A stretch of 64,000 bases of DNA from NCBI GenBank assembly GCA_963722255.1, contig CAVRJO010000002.1, forward strand, positions 608,001 through 672,000, written 5' to 3'. The DNA is from Candidatus Babeliales bacterium (GTDB lineage: Bacteria > Babelota > Babeliae > Babelales > JANWKD01). This document shows positions 20,931 to 30,605 of this stretch, piece after piece (within the stretch, counting starts at the first letter, position 1; each line of letters starts with the position of its first letter). Made by a program: the position numbers and the translations under genes. The notes beneath the pieces were generated by a model that had not been told where the DNA came from, searched no databases, and was given only the letters and a program-made list of their open reading frames with translations.

Positions 20931-22055
20931 ATGAAAAAAATGATTATACATATAATCACGAGTTTAAAAATTGGTGGGGCAGAAACTTTATTAGTAGATT
21001 TTTTAGAAAATAGTGCATCAACACAAGCTAACCATCAGGTTATCTTTTTTCATGACGGCCCCAATCGCCAACGCCTACTACAACTTGGCATACCGTGTTA
21101 TCAAATCAAAGGATTGATGAGCATGTATGACCCCGTTTTTTTTGTGCGATTATATAAAACAATTAAGCGCTTAAAACCCGCTTGTATTCATACATGGTTA
21201 TGGTCTGCAAATATAGCTGGTCGCATAGTAAATCTTTTTTTAAAAATACCATTGCTCAATAGTTTTCATTTAGGCGTTGATCTAGATGGCTTTTTTCGTA
21301 ATTGTATTGATCGATCAACACAGCATATTCCTCATCGATTGATTGCAGTTTCAGAAGGAGTTGCAACCTCTCTTATTCAAGAATTTAACCTTAACAATCC
21401 GGAGCGTTTAAAGGTTATAAAAAATGGAATTGATGCTCAGGAAATTGTGAATAAAAGCAAAAAAAGTGAAGTAAAAAGAGAAACATTAGGCCTTGATGAT
21501 CATCATTATATAATCGGTTCTGTTGGAAGGTGGATTGCGCGTAAAAATTATGCATTTTTAATAAAAGTATTTGCACAATTGTATAAAGATAATCCTATGA
21601 TGCGCTTGGTGCTTCTTGGAAAAGGTGAAGAAAAGAAAGCCTTACAAAGTCAGGTAGCGTATCTAAAATTAGAAGGAAAAGTTATTTTTATAGAAGGACA
21701 ACCAGCATTAGGATATTATCCTCTTTTTGATTGCTTCATTCAAACCTCATACAAAGAAGGAATATCAATTGCATTGCTTGAGGCAATGAGCTGCTCACTG
21801 CCTTGTATTATAACAGAACCTTTAAGAATTCATGAAGTTATTGTACATAACTATAACGGAATACTGGTTCCTTCATATAATCATCAGGAAGTCTGCAACG
21901 TAATCAAACAGGTAGCAAACAGTAAGGAACTATCAAAAACTCTGGGAAAAAATGGCTATAAAACAATTGCAAATGATTTTGGACTTGCAACTATGGTTGA
22001 TTCATACCATCATGAATACAATCAATTGATTAATTCTATGCAAAAAAACTTATAA
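20931..22055 (+). CDS. Glycosyltransferase family 4
   Basis: GGAE, IKNGID, GSVGR..RKNY, EGISIALLEAM. Confidence 0.9.
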   Translation: MKKMIIHIITSLKIGGAETLLVDFLENSASTQANHQVIFFHDGPNRQRLLQLGIPCYQIKGLMSMYDPVFFVRLYKTIKRLKPACIHTWLWSANIAGRIVNLFLKIPLLNSFHLGVDLDGFFRNCIDRSTQHIPHRLIAVSEGVATSLIQEFNLNNPERLKVIKNGIDAQEIVNKSKKSEVKRETLGLDDHHYIIGSVGRWIARKNYAFLIKVFAQLYKDNPMMRLVLLGKGEEKKALQSQVAYLKLEGKVIFIEGQPALGYYPLFDCFIQTSYKEGISIALLEAMSCSLPCIITEPLRIHEVIVHNYNGILVPSYNHQEVCNVIKQVANSKELSKTLGKNGYKTIANDFGLATMVDSYHHEYNQLINSMQKNL

Positions 22056-22118
22056 TTATTTTTTATTTGAAATATATATTATAAAATGGATCTGCTTGCT
22101 AAAAAACTAACAAAAAAT

Positions 22119-22230
22119 TTGATTTTTACTGAAAGAGGAGTTACATTACTTAAGTGCTTCTTGCATAATCAATAACTAGATAACCTCCATTTCCCCTGTC
22201 CATGACTTCGCGTCTGGATGGGGGTATTTT
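22119..22230 (+). promoter_or_regulatory. Putative sigma70 promoter plus structured leader or small RNA
   Basis: TTGATT-17nt-TACATT (22119-22147), ACCTCC at 22183-22188, GC-rich hairpin at 22193-22224, then TATTTT. Confidence 0.45.
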
Positions 22231-22244
22231 AGTCTACGAGGTAT

Positions 22245-23261
22245 ATGGTGATTACTAGACCAAATTTTCCCTACTTTTATAAAAAAAAATATTATAACCA
22301 TGCACAAGAAAAAGCAGAAGGTTTTTTTATAAATTCCTTATGTATGTTTTTCTATTCTCGTTTAAAACGTTTGCGCTCTAAAAAACCTGACCTAACCAGT
22401 TGGTCCACTTCATATACACCCAATGCCCTAAAAAATCCAACTATCACATGGATTGGTCATTCAACGTTTCTTATTGATTTTGGCACCATAAAAATTTTAA
22501 CCGATCCGATTTTTGGCAATGCTTCCCTTTTATTCAAACGAATTACTCCTCTTCCTTTAAATATTCAAGATATTGAAAATGTCGACTATATCATACTTTC
22601 ACATAATCATCGCGATCACATGGACGAGAAGAGTTTGCTAAAACTTAAAGATATAACTTCAATGTTTCTTATTCCCATGGGAGACAAGCAATGGTTTGAT
22701 CGTCGTAATTTTTCATATGTTAAAGAGCATACATGGTGGCAATCTACAGTTTTCAATCATGAGGGAAATTCTTTAGTTTTTACTTTTTTACCTGCCCATC
22801 ATTGGTCGCAACGCTCGTTATTTGACCGGAATAGATCTTTATGGGGAAGTTGGATGGTACAATACAAAAATCATACCATCTATTTTGCAGGCGACACAGC
22901 ATATGCAAAGCACTTTACCATGATTAAAGAAAAATTTCCTACTATTGATGTAGCACTTATGCCTATTGGCCCTTGTCAGCCACGCAAATGGATGAAGCAT
23001 TCGCATATTAGTGCTCAACAAGCAGGTCAGGCATTTTTAGATTTAGGAGCACGAAACTTTATTCCTATGCACTGGGGAACCTTTTACTTTGGTACTGATT
23101 CATTTTCAACGCCCATCGAATACTTAACCGAATGGTGGTCAAAAGAACCATCCGTTTCTTCAAATCAACTGCATATTCTTAAATTTGGCCAAAGCTTGGA
23201 ACTACAAGAATGCTTTCATGATCTATCTAGTATACCAAAGCCTCTTGAGAACCTTCTGTAA
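22245..23261 (+). CDS. MBL-fold metallo-hydrolase (NAPE-PLD/RomA-like)
   Basis: WIGHSTFL, TDPIF, SHNHRDH, PAHHWSQR, FAGDT, PMHWGTF. Confidence 0.9.
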   Translation: MVITRPNFPYFYKKKYYNHAQEKAEGFFINSLCMFFYSRLKRLRSKKPDLTSWSTSYTPNALKNPTITWIGHSTFLIDFGTIKILTDPIFGNASLLFKRITPLPLNIQDIENVDYIILSHNHRDHMDEKSLLKLKDITSMFLIPMGDKQWFDRRNFSYVKEHTWWQSTVFNHEGNSLVFTFLPAHHWSQRSLFDRNRSLWGSWMVQYKNHTIYFAGDTAYAKHFTMIKEKFPTIDVALMPIGPCQPRKWMKHSHISAQQAGQAFLDLGARNFIPMHWGTFYFGTDSFSTPIEYLTEWWSKEPSVSSNQLHILKFGQSLELQECFHDLSSIPKPLENLL

Positions 23262-23266
23262 TAAAC
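23061..23266 (+). repeat. 206-bp direct repeat, copy 1 (3' end of MBL hydrolase gene)
   Basis: ATTCCTATGCACTGGGGAAC...ATAAAC recurs at 24581-24786 with scattered substitutions. Confidence 0.92.
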
Positions 23267-23429
23267 CATTGATTTTAAAATGATTAAATCATTAAATTTG
23301 ATAATGCTATCATCAAATTTTTAATAAAAATGATATTTTGCCCATCAACTTTCAGCAATTTCTTGAAAAATTTTAAGTTTTTTGCTATTTTTATTATGAA
23401 TTTAACATATTTTTAAAAAAAGTGATTAG

Positions 23430-24577
23430 ATGTTTAACAGAATTTTAAAATTGCCCTTAGAAGGCAAAAGTAGCTTATTTTTGTTTGGGCCTCGAGGCAC
23501 AGGAAAAACCTCATGGATTAAAACCTATCTTCCCGATGCCATTTATTTAGATCTTCTTGATTTTTCATTATATAGCTCACTTTTAGCAGAACCAAACCGA
23601 TTAGAAAATTTAATTCCCCCAAACTATACCAATTGGATTGTTATTGATGAGGTGCAAAGAGTTCCTGAACTCCTCAATGAAGTACATCGTCTTATAGAAA
23701 GCAAAAAATATCGTTTTATATTAACCGGTTCAAGCGCACGAGCTTTACGCAAAAAAGGTGTAAACTTACTTGCAGGGAGAGCATTGAAATATCACATGCA
23801 TCCCTTAGTCATTCAAGAAATTGGAGAAAGCTTTGACTTTAACCACGTGCTTCAATTTGGCCTCTTGCCGCTCGCAATAACGCATGCCGATCCCAAAAAA
23901 TATTTAGAAAGCTACGTACAAACCTATATACGTGAAGAAGTCCTACAAGAAGGTCTTACCAGAAATATTGGTACATTCACTCGTTTTTTAGAAATTGCCA
24001 GTTTTTCACAAGGTAATGTTTTAAATTTTTCAGAAATTGCTCGAGAAATTTCAATTAATAGATCTATCAGTAGCTAACTATTTTGAAATATTCGAAGACC
24101 TTATTATTAGCAACAAGAATTTCTGTATTTAACCATCGAGCAAAAAGAAAAATGATTACGCATCAAAAATTCTATTTTTTTGATGCAGGTGTTTATAGAA
24201 TTCTAAGACCTATAGGCCCTTTAGACTCTCCAGAAGAGTCCGATGGCGCTATTTTAGAAACACTTTTTTTGCAATCATTGTCAGCGATAAATGATTACTT
24301 TAATTTAGGGTATACAATTTATTTTTGGCGAACATTGTCAGGCACTGAAGTTGACTTTATTCTCTATGGTCCTCACGGACTTCACGCATTTGAGATCAAA
24401 CGTTCTTCTCAGGTTTCTTCCAAATCACTCAAAGGACTTAAAGAATTTTCTGAAGATTACCCTGAAGCGAAATTACATTTTATATTTTTAGGCAAACATA
24501 AAGAATATCACGGAAATATTATAGCATTACCTTTTGTAGATGCATTAAAAGAACTACCAAACTTGCTAAACGGCTGA
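23430..24577 (+). pseudogene. AAA+ ATPase (AAA_14 + DUF4143) with two adjacent +1 frameshifts
   Basis: GPRGTGKT, IDEVQ, LTGSS, KFYFFDAG, EVDF..FEIK. Removing one base near 24063 and one near 24100 restores ..INRLSVANYFEIFEDLLLATRI.. Confidence 0.8.
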
Positions 24578-24580
24578 CCA

Positions 24581-24786
24581 ATTCCTATGCACTGGGGAAC
24601 TTTTTACTTTGGTACTGATTCATTTTCAACGCCCATTGAATACTTAACAAATTGGTGGGCAAAAGAACCATCCGTTTCTTCAGATCAACTGCATATTCAT
24701 AAATTTGGCCAAAGCTGGGAGCTACAAGAAAGCATTCATGATCTATCTACTATACCAAAGCCTCTTGAGAATGTTTTGTGATAAAC
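24581..24786 (+). repeat. 206-bp direct repeat, copy 2 (orphan 3' fragment of MBL hydrolase)
   Basis: Translates MHWGTFYFGTDSFSTPIEYL...PKPLENVL, nearly identical to the C-terminus of 22245-23261. Confidence 0.92.
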
Positions 24787-24886
24787 AACTTGCCTGTGCT
24801 TAAGAAATAGCATACAATTATATAAAATAATGGCCAAAAAAATAATTATAATTTATTATAATTGAAATTAATTTAAGAGATTATCT

Positions 24887-25426
24887 ATGAATAATTCAAT
24901 GCTACAACTCTTTCAAAAGAGCAAAATTCCCTTAACATGGAAATCCATTATTGTTGGCAGAAAATTAGGTGTAGCTACTAATGAATTTATCGAAGCTTTT
25001 GCTGTAGAGTATTTGATCCAACACCCTTCCGTTCATAACTTAGATATTAATGAACTGGCATACGGTATTCCTGATACCTATCAAGGCAACTTGGATATCA
25101 ATGAATTACTAGAAAAAATAGTTTATTCATTTTCTTTGAAAATTCCCCAAAAAGAAACCGTTATTTGGAATTTAGAATCACGAAAATGGCGTTACTTTCT
25201 CCTTAAAAAAGCTTCACTTGAAAAGAACACCGAAAATGAGCTCGAAGATGCCATTGAAAATATCTATTGTAAATTTGAGCATCCTAGTGAATTGGAACAG
25301 TTTATTCCACACCTGTCTCAGCGATCTTCTGAAAATGTAAATAAGGAGGAATATAATAAATCGCTCTTAGATCGTTTAAATCAATTTTTAAAAAAAGAAG
25401 AGACTGAAATGGTCAAAAGACCATAA
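24887..25426 (+). CDS. DUF2247-like protein
   Basis: LTW..I..G, KWRY, IENIYCKFEHP.EL..FI pattern recalled for DUF2247. Confidence 0.6.
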   Translation: MNNSMLQLFQKSKIPLTWKSIIVGRKLGVATNEFIEAFAVEYLIQHPSVHNLDINELAYGIPDTYQGNLDINELLEKIVYSFSLKIPQKETVIWNLESRKWRYFLLKKASLEKNTENELEDAIENIYCKFEHPSELEQFIPHLSQRSSENVNKEEYNKSLLDRLNQFLKKEETEMVKRP

Positions 25427-25517
25427 AAAGTATAGATAAATTTCCAAAATACAATAAAAGATGTTAGTATAATAACTGTTTAAATATAATTTAATAATTG
25501 AATAACTGAACAATTTT

Positions 25518-27704
25518 ATGAACTATAGATGCTCTTTTAAAAAATATCTGTTTTTGCTTATTTTAATTGCACCTGCACTAGATCTTCACGCAGGTCAGCT
25601 TAGCCAGACGATAGAAGTTCCACAAAAATTAAGTCTCAAGTGTATAAATGCACGAGTTCCAAATCTCACTAAAAAGGTGCTACAGAAAAGTTCTCATTTC
25701 AATATTACACAAAAACTCTATTTTACAAATCGTGGCAGCAAGTCTGGTCAAAAACTTACAGATTTTTCAAAAAAATTAAATACTGGATATATGAAAAAAA
25801 TTGCTATACAAATGGCACATGGAAAATTTTCTGATTATATCAATAGTAAAATTGAAATTAATCTTTTAGTGAACGAAATTGCTCTTATTATAAATGAAAC
25901 AACTTTAATTCAAAAGATTTTTAATACAAGACACCACGATCTAAGAACTAAAGCAGCAATCGATACTTATTTAAAAATAAGATCTTTGGCCCCCCACAAT
26001 GATGAATCCACTGACGAACCTATGAATCCTATCAAATGCGATCAATTGCCAGATCTATCAACTCGTATAAAACCAATCTCTGCAGAACAGTGGGCTCTTA
26101 TAAAAAAAGAAGAAGCTGACTATAAAGCTTATGAAGAATTTAAAAATAAATGCAAAGCGTTGCCGCAGTTTGATTCGCAAAAAAGAAATGATTATAGCGC
26201 GCGAGCCATTAATGGTGAAGACCTACAACAAGCTTTTAATCAGTATTTTAAATCAATTGCCGAAAATTCTGCTTTAAACAACTCTGAATATTGGGTTAAT
26301 GGCGAACTACCAAAATCGCTTGAACATACTATCTCTGCTTATGAACCAACCAGAAGTGATCATGTTTCTGATTGGAATTTTGATCCTTATGTAGAAAAAA
26401 TGGTTTTTGATCCAGAAAACCTACTAATCCCACAAGGAGACATCCATGGCGATGTCCATTCATTGATAGCCTTTATTGAAGATCTCAATGACCAAAAACT
26501 TATGAAGGGCTTCAAAATAGCCAATAAGAAAACAAATTTGATTTTTTTAGGAGATTATACAGATCGAGGCTGGTATGGTGGCGAAGTTATTTATACTATT
26601 TTACAATTAAAAATAAATAACCCTGGACAAGTGTTTCTTATTCGCGGAAATCACGAAGACCTTAAAGATACTAACGTTAATCACGATTTTAACAGACAAC
26701 TCAGAAGCAACTATTGCAAAGATAATAAGAATCTATATGTGGCAAACTTTTCACAGCTTTATAAATTTTATGAAACCCTCCCCTTAGCTCTTTACGGCGG
26801 AACTAAAAATACTGAAGGCAAAATCGATTGGGCATTATATTGCCATGGAGCAATTGAGGTCGGCTTTAAGCCATCTTCGCTTTTTTCCCTACCAACATCC
26901 CATGGCTATACTTGCTTAGGTACTGTTGATAGGCTCGCCTTTCAAAAAGCATGTCTTAACGATGAAACCTCAATAAACAAAATATTAAAACATGGAAAAG
27001 AAAAAATAGAATCTAATAAAAAGCTTATAAAATTATTACATGCATCAAAGAAAAAATTTTGGACATCAGAAACTCATGATAAATTAACTGATACTGACTT
27101 AGGATTTATCATGTTTCAATGGTGTGATGTTATGGTAAATAAAAAAGCTAAGCTTTTTTTATTTTACGATACAGAAAGGGGAGCCTGTATCGATAGATAT
27201 TTCACTCAGGCAGCATTACAGTATCAAAGCGACGAAAATAATACGGTTTACACTATGATTACCGGTCATAAACACAGCGACAATCCAAATAACGCCATGA
27301 TGAAAAGAATTTTAAATACTGATGGACTTGACGTTGAAGAAAATAGAGGCTTTGGAGTAGCATGGCCAAAAAGGAATAAAAGGAAGAACGAAAAACTACG
27401 TAAAGATAATGTTTATACCTGCAATGTTTGTCCAAATGCAGGCTATGCTTCAGCTGGATTTGATTATGCAACCTATGTTGTCATACGAACTTCGCCAAAT
27501 TTTTCCGACTGGATGTTTAAAGTTCATCGATTAACAACATTAGGGACTCCTATTGCTCCACCACCAACGAAAAAAGCCTCGAATTCATCATCAACTGGTC
27601 TAGATTATTTAACTGCAATGTTAAATGCTGCCAAACAAAAGAAAGAAGAAGAAGAAAAACAAAAGCGAGACATAGAAGCCAGAAGAAAGCAAGATGGAGG
27701 ATAA
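25518..27704 (+). CDS. Secreted PPP-family (calcineurin-like) Ser/Thr phosphatase with long N-terminal extension
   Basis: GDIHG, GDYTDRG, RGNHE, CHG and GH motifs; signal peptide ending ALDLHA(G). Confidence 0.85.
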   Translation: MNYRCSFKKYLFLLILIAPALDLHAGQLSQTIEVPQKLSLKCINARVPNLTKKVLQKSSHFNITQKLYFTNRGSKSGQKLTDFSKKLNTGYMKKIAIQMAHGKFSDYINSKIEINLLVNEIALIINETTLIQKIFNTRHHDLRTKAAIDTYLKIRSLAPHNDESTDEPMNPIKCDQLPDLSTRIKPISAEQWALIKKEEADYKAYEEFKNKCKALPQFDSQKRNDYSARAINGEDLQQAFNQYFKSIAENSALNNSEYWVNGELPKSLEHTISAYEPTRSDHVSDWNFDPYVEKMVFDPENLLIPQGDIHGDVHSLIAFIEDLNDQKLMKGFKIANKKTNLIFLGDYTDRGWYGGEVIYTILQLKINNPGQVFLIRGNHEDLKDTNVNHDFNRQLRSNYCKDNKNLYVANFSQLYKFYETLPLALYGGTKNTEGKIDWALYCHGAIEVGFKPSSLFSLPTSHGYTCLGTVDRLAFQKACLNDETSINKILKHGKEKIESNKKLIKLLHASKKKFWTSETHDKLTDTDLGFIMFQWCDVMVNKKAKLFLFYDTERGACIDRYFTQAALQYQSDENNTVYTMITGHKHSDNPNNAMMKRILNTDGLDVEENRGFGVAWPKRNKRKNEKLRKDNVYTCNVCPNAGYASAGFDYATYVVIRTSPNFSDWMFKVHRLTTLGTPIAPPPTKKASNSSSTGLDYLTAMLNAAKQKKEEEEKQKRDIEARRKQDGG

Positions 27705-27798
27705 TGAAACTAATTATCCAATAGATAGATTGAACTAAATTTTAATTAATGTTTTTTTAATAAACCCTGTCTATGCAACCATTTAGTTATTGCGCTAG

Positions 27799-28242
27799 TT
27801 ACTGTGCAAGCTTTTTAGCCTCTTCAGCATCTTTTTCTATCTGTGCCACCACTTTTACAAGCTTTTGACGTTTTTGCAAATCACTTGGAACATTTTGTGA
27901 ATATTCGAGCAATCTTTTTGCACCAAAAGCATCCTTTTCGATTTCTTGTGCATATTTTTTTAATGATTCTTCTATAGCTTTAATTTTTGTTGCATCTGCT
28001 AATGCACGCTTTTGATTCGAGAGTAATCGTGCAGCAACAATATTCCCTACAACTTTGCCTTCTAGTTCCATAATCTTCTTTTCAATTTCTTCAAAAGTTA
28101 TGGGTATTTCTCCAGCAACTTTTTTTGGTATTTGTGGACCCTTTGGCCCTTCCGGTTCTACAGGAATACCAGGAATGCGCAATTGACCTTGCAAAGAAAC
28201 AATCGCAGAACCAATAACAAGTAAAAAAAATATCCTCTTCAT
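27799..28242 (-). CDS. Secreted coiled-coil hypothetical protein
   Basis: AGGAGAGG RBS; signal peptide; Pro-rich then Lys/Glu-rich helical region. Confidence 0.65.
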   Translation of the reverse strand: MKRIFFLLVIGSAIVSLQGQLRIPGIPVEPEGPKGPQIPKKVAGEIPITFEEIEKKIMELEGKVVGNIVAARLLSNQKRALADATKIKAIEESLKKYAQEIEKDAFGAKRLLEYSQNVPSDLQKRQKLVKVVAQIEKDAEEAKKLAQ

Positions 28243-28283
28243 AAACCCTCTCCTAAATTTTTTGTTTACAATATACAAAGTCT

Positions 28284-28652
28284 TTATTTAGCTTTTTTAA
28301 GCTCCTCTTTAAGTTCATCCAGAAGACCTTGAACCACAGTTGCTGCTTTCCTAGCATCCTGTGCTTTTGTTTCACTACCACGAGCTGTATCATTGGCAAT
28401 TCTGTTTAACCCACCAATATATACCTGAAGAGCCCCAAGATAAACATCAATACCTTCTTTTTTCTTTAAAGCTTCTTTTGCCGCTTGATATGCATTGCTC
28501 GCTGCCACTACCCAGCTACCTACATCTGTCGATGTATGTTCTTTTCCTGCCATCAAATAGTTTAAAGCATCTTCAGCAGACGTTCTGGATCTTAGCTGTG
28601 ACTGATACGAAATAATTGTTAAACTCATTAATACATATACTAATTTTTTCAT
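28284..28652 (-). CDS. Secreted helical hypothetical protein
   Basis: GGAG RBS before MKKLVYVL; signal peptide. Confidence 0.65.
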   Translation of the reverse strand: MKKLVYVLMSLTIISYQSQLRSRTSAEDALNYLMAGKEHTSTDVGSWVVAASNAYQAAKEALKKKEGIDVYLGALQVYIGGLNRIANDTARGSETKAQDARKAATVVQGLLDELKEELKKAK

Positions 28653-28748
28653 AAAACCATCTCCAATTTTTTTAGATAAGATAAATCTTCTTAAGCCCAT
28701 TTTACTAGCGAAAAACGCAATTTGATTATCAATATCTCAAAATACTAA

Positions 28749-28771
28749 AGGGCCAGACTTATTCTGACCCT
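28749..28771 (-). terminator. Probable intrinsic terminator
   Basis: AGGGCCAGA/TCTGACCCT stem immediately after the stop of 28783-29031. Confidence 0.45.
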
Positions 28772-28782
28772 CCTGATGCTAT

Positions 28783-29031
28783 TTAATCTTCATCTTCATA
28801 ATATTCTTCATCGTAACCTTCATCATAACCATCATAACCCCCTCCAATAACTGGATAGACTACTGGTCCATAAAAGCCGCCTCCGCGACCAAAGCCACGA
28901 CCACCACCGCGACCGCCAAAGCCGCCACCTCGACCACCACCAAAGCCTCCACCGCCTCCATGGCCACCACCTCGAGCTTCTAATGCAGCAACTGTACTCA
29001 CAATTAGTAAAAGAAATAGTAACTTCTTCAT
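28783..29031 (-). CDS. Small secreted Gly-rich (RGG/FGG) protein with acidic Tyr-rich tail
   Basis: GGAGGT RBS; signal peptide ..AALEA; RGG repeats; tail GYDGYDEGYDEEYYEDED. Confidence 0.75.
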   Translation of the reverse strand: MKKLLFLLLIVSTVAALEARGGGHGGGGGFGGGRGGGFGGRGGGRGFGRGGGFYGPVVYPVIGGGYDGYDEGYDEEYYEDED

Positions 29032-29255
29032 AATTGACCTCCGTCTTTAGATTAAAATATAGATACCTGTTTTTTGAAAATATTCATATTATTAATATTA
29101 CCAAATTAGGTAATAAAAAAGCAATATTTAATCGCAATAGAAATATTTTAAAGTATTTTTTTATTTCTTTTGCATTCGGCAACTATCCTGCGTTATACTA
29201 TTTTCAACATACAAAAAAATAAAAAATGCTTATAAAAGCTTCAGGCAGGTAAACT

Positions 29256-30602
29256 ATGTCTCAAACAACCTATGAAATAAAAGGCTGGCAAACTACTAAC
29301 TCAAATAAAAGCCTTGAAGAAGTACATAGAACTATAAACGTAAAAAGCAAAGGTACATTTTTCAAAAAAATGCTTGCTTTTTCGGGACCCGGTTATCTAG
29401 TTGCTGTTGGTTATATGGATCCGGGAAATTGGGCAACAGATTTAGCAGGTGGATCAAAATTTGGATATACCTTATTATCGGTAATATTAGTTTCAAATAT
29501 TATGGCGATTGTACTTCAATATCTTGCGCTGAAATTAGGCATAGTTGCTGGGCGAGATTTAGCGCAAGCATGTAGAGATAATTATTCTCGACCGCTTACT
29601 ATTTTTTTATGGATAGTTGCAGAAATTGCAATAATTGCCTGCGATTTAGCTGAGGTTATTGGATCCGCACTTGGTTTACATCTTCTCTTTAATATCCCTC
29701 TTGTTATAGGCGTAATTATTACTGCTCTTGATGTATTTATTTTGTTACTTCTTCAACAAAAAAGCTTCAGATACCTTGAATCATTAGTAATTATTTTGAT
29801 TGTTACTATACTTGCTTGTTTTGGTTTTAATATTATTTTATCAAACCCTCATATTGCATCTTTATTTCATGGATTCATTCCCACATCAGAGCTCATAACC
29901 AATTCTGAAATGCTTTATATTGCTGTAGGAATCTTAGGAGCTACCGTAATGCCTCATAACTTATATCTTCATTCGGCGGTAGTACAAACACGTTCTTTCG
30001 ATAATACCCATGAAGGAAAAAAGGAGGCTATTTTTTTTAGTTCAATAGATTCAACCGTTGCTCTTTGTTTAGCTTTTTTTGTAAATGCCGGAATACTCAT
30101 TGTTGCAGCGGCAGTCTTTCACGTAAGAGGCATGCATGAAATTGCAGAAATTCAAGATGCTTATAAACTTTTAACGCCACTCCTGGGATCTACTCTAGCG
30201 AGTATTGTATTTGCGTGTGCATTATTAGCATCTGGTCAAAATGCAACAATAACGGGAACACTTGCCGGCCAAATTATAATGGAAGGATTTACTGCCTGGC
30301 GCATGAGCCCATGGTTACGTCGACTTATGAGCCGTGCATTGGCTATTCTTCCAGCCATTTTTGTGGTTTGGTTCTTTGGGCAACATGGTTTAGCACAATT
30401 ATTGTTAGTCAGCCAAGTTGTTCTTAGTTTGCAATTACCCTTTGCTGTTTTTCCTTTAGTACGATTTACGAGCCAAAAAGAAAAAATGGGTCCCTTTGTT
30501 AATAGCACCTGTATGATTTGGTTATCCTATGCAATAGCATTCACCATTGCATTACTCAATGGATGGCTACTCTACAGCACTTTTATGGCGCTTTATTTAT
30601 AA
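29256..30602 (+). CDS. mntH: Nramp divalent metal transporter
   Basis: YMDPGN, GATVMPHNLYLHS, GTLAGQIIMEGF, SQVVLSLQLPFA. Confidence 0.96.
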   Translation: MSQTTYEIKGWQTTNSNKSLEEVHRTINVKSKGTFFKKMLAFSGPGYLVAVGYMDPGNWATDLAGGSKFGYTLLSVILVSNIMAIVLQYLALKLGIVAGRDLAQACRDNYSRPLTIFLWIVAEIAIIACDLAEVIGSALGLHLLFNIPLVIGVIITALDVFILLLLQQKSFRYLESLVIILIVTILACFGFNIILSNPHIASLFHGFIPTSELITNSEMLYIAVGILGATVMPHNLYLHSAVVQTRSFDNTHEGKKEAIFFSSIDSTVALCLAFFVNAGILIVAAAVFHVRGMHEIAEIQDAYKLLTPLLGSTLASIVFACALLASGQNATITGTLAGQIIMEGFTAWRMSPWLRRLMSRALAILPAIFVVWFFGQHGLAQLLLVSQVVLSLQLPFAVFPLVRFTSQKEKMGPFVNSTCMIWLSYAIAFTIALLNGWLLYSTFMALYL

Positions 30603-30605
30603 AAA

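Noticed and set aside
24587..24781. 64-aa ORF as an independent gene
   Set aside because: It is the duplicated 3' end of the MBL hydrolase; the Met is internal (PMHWGT).
29032..29255. yybP-ykoY (Mn) riboswitch before mntH, and M-box before the MgtA-like gene (12460-12573)
   Set aside because: No recognisable conserved motifs or helices; the regions are AT-rich promoter-like DNA. An Infernal search would be decisive.
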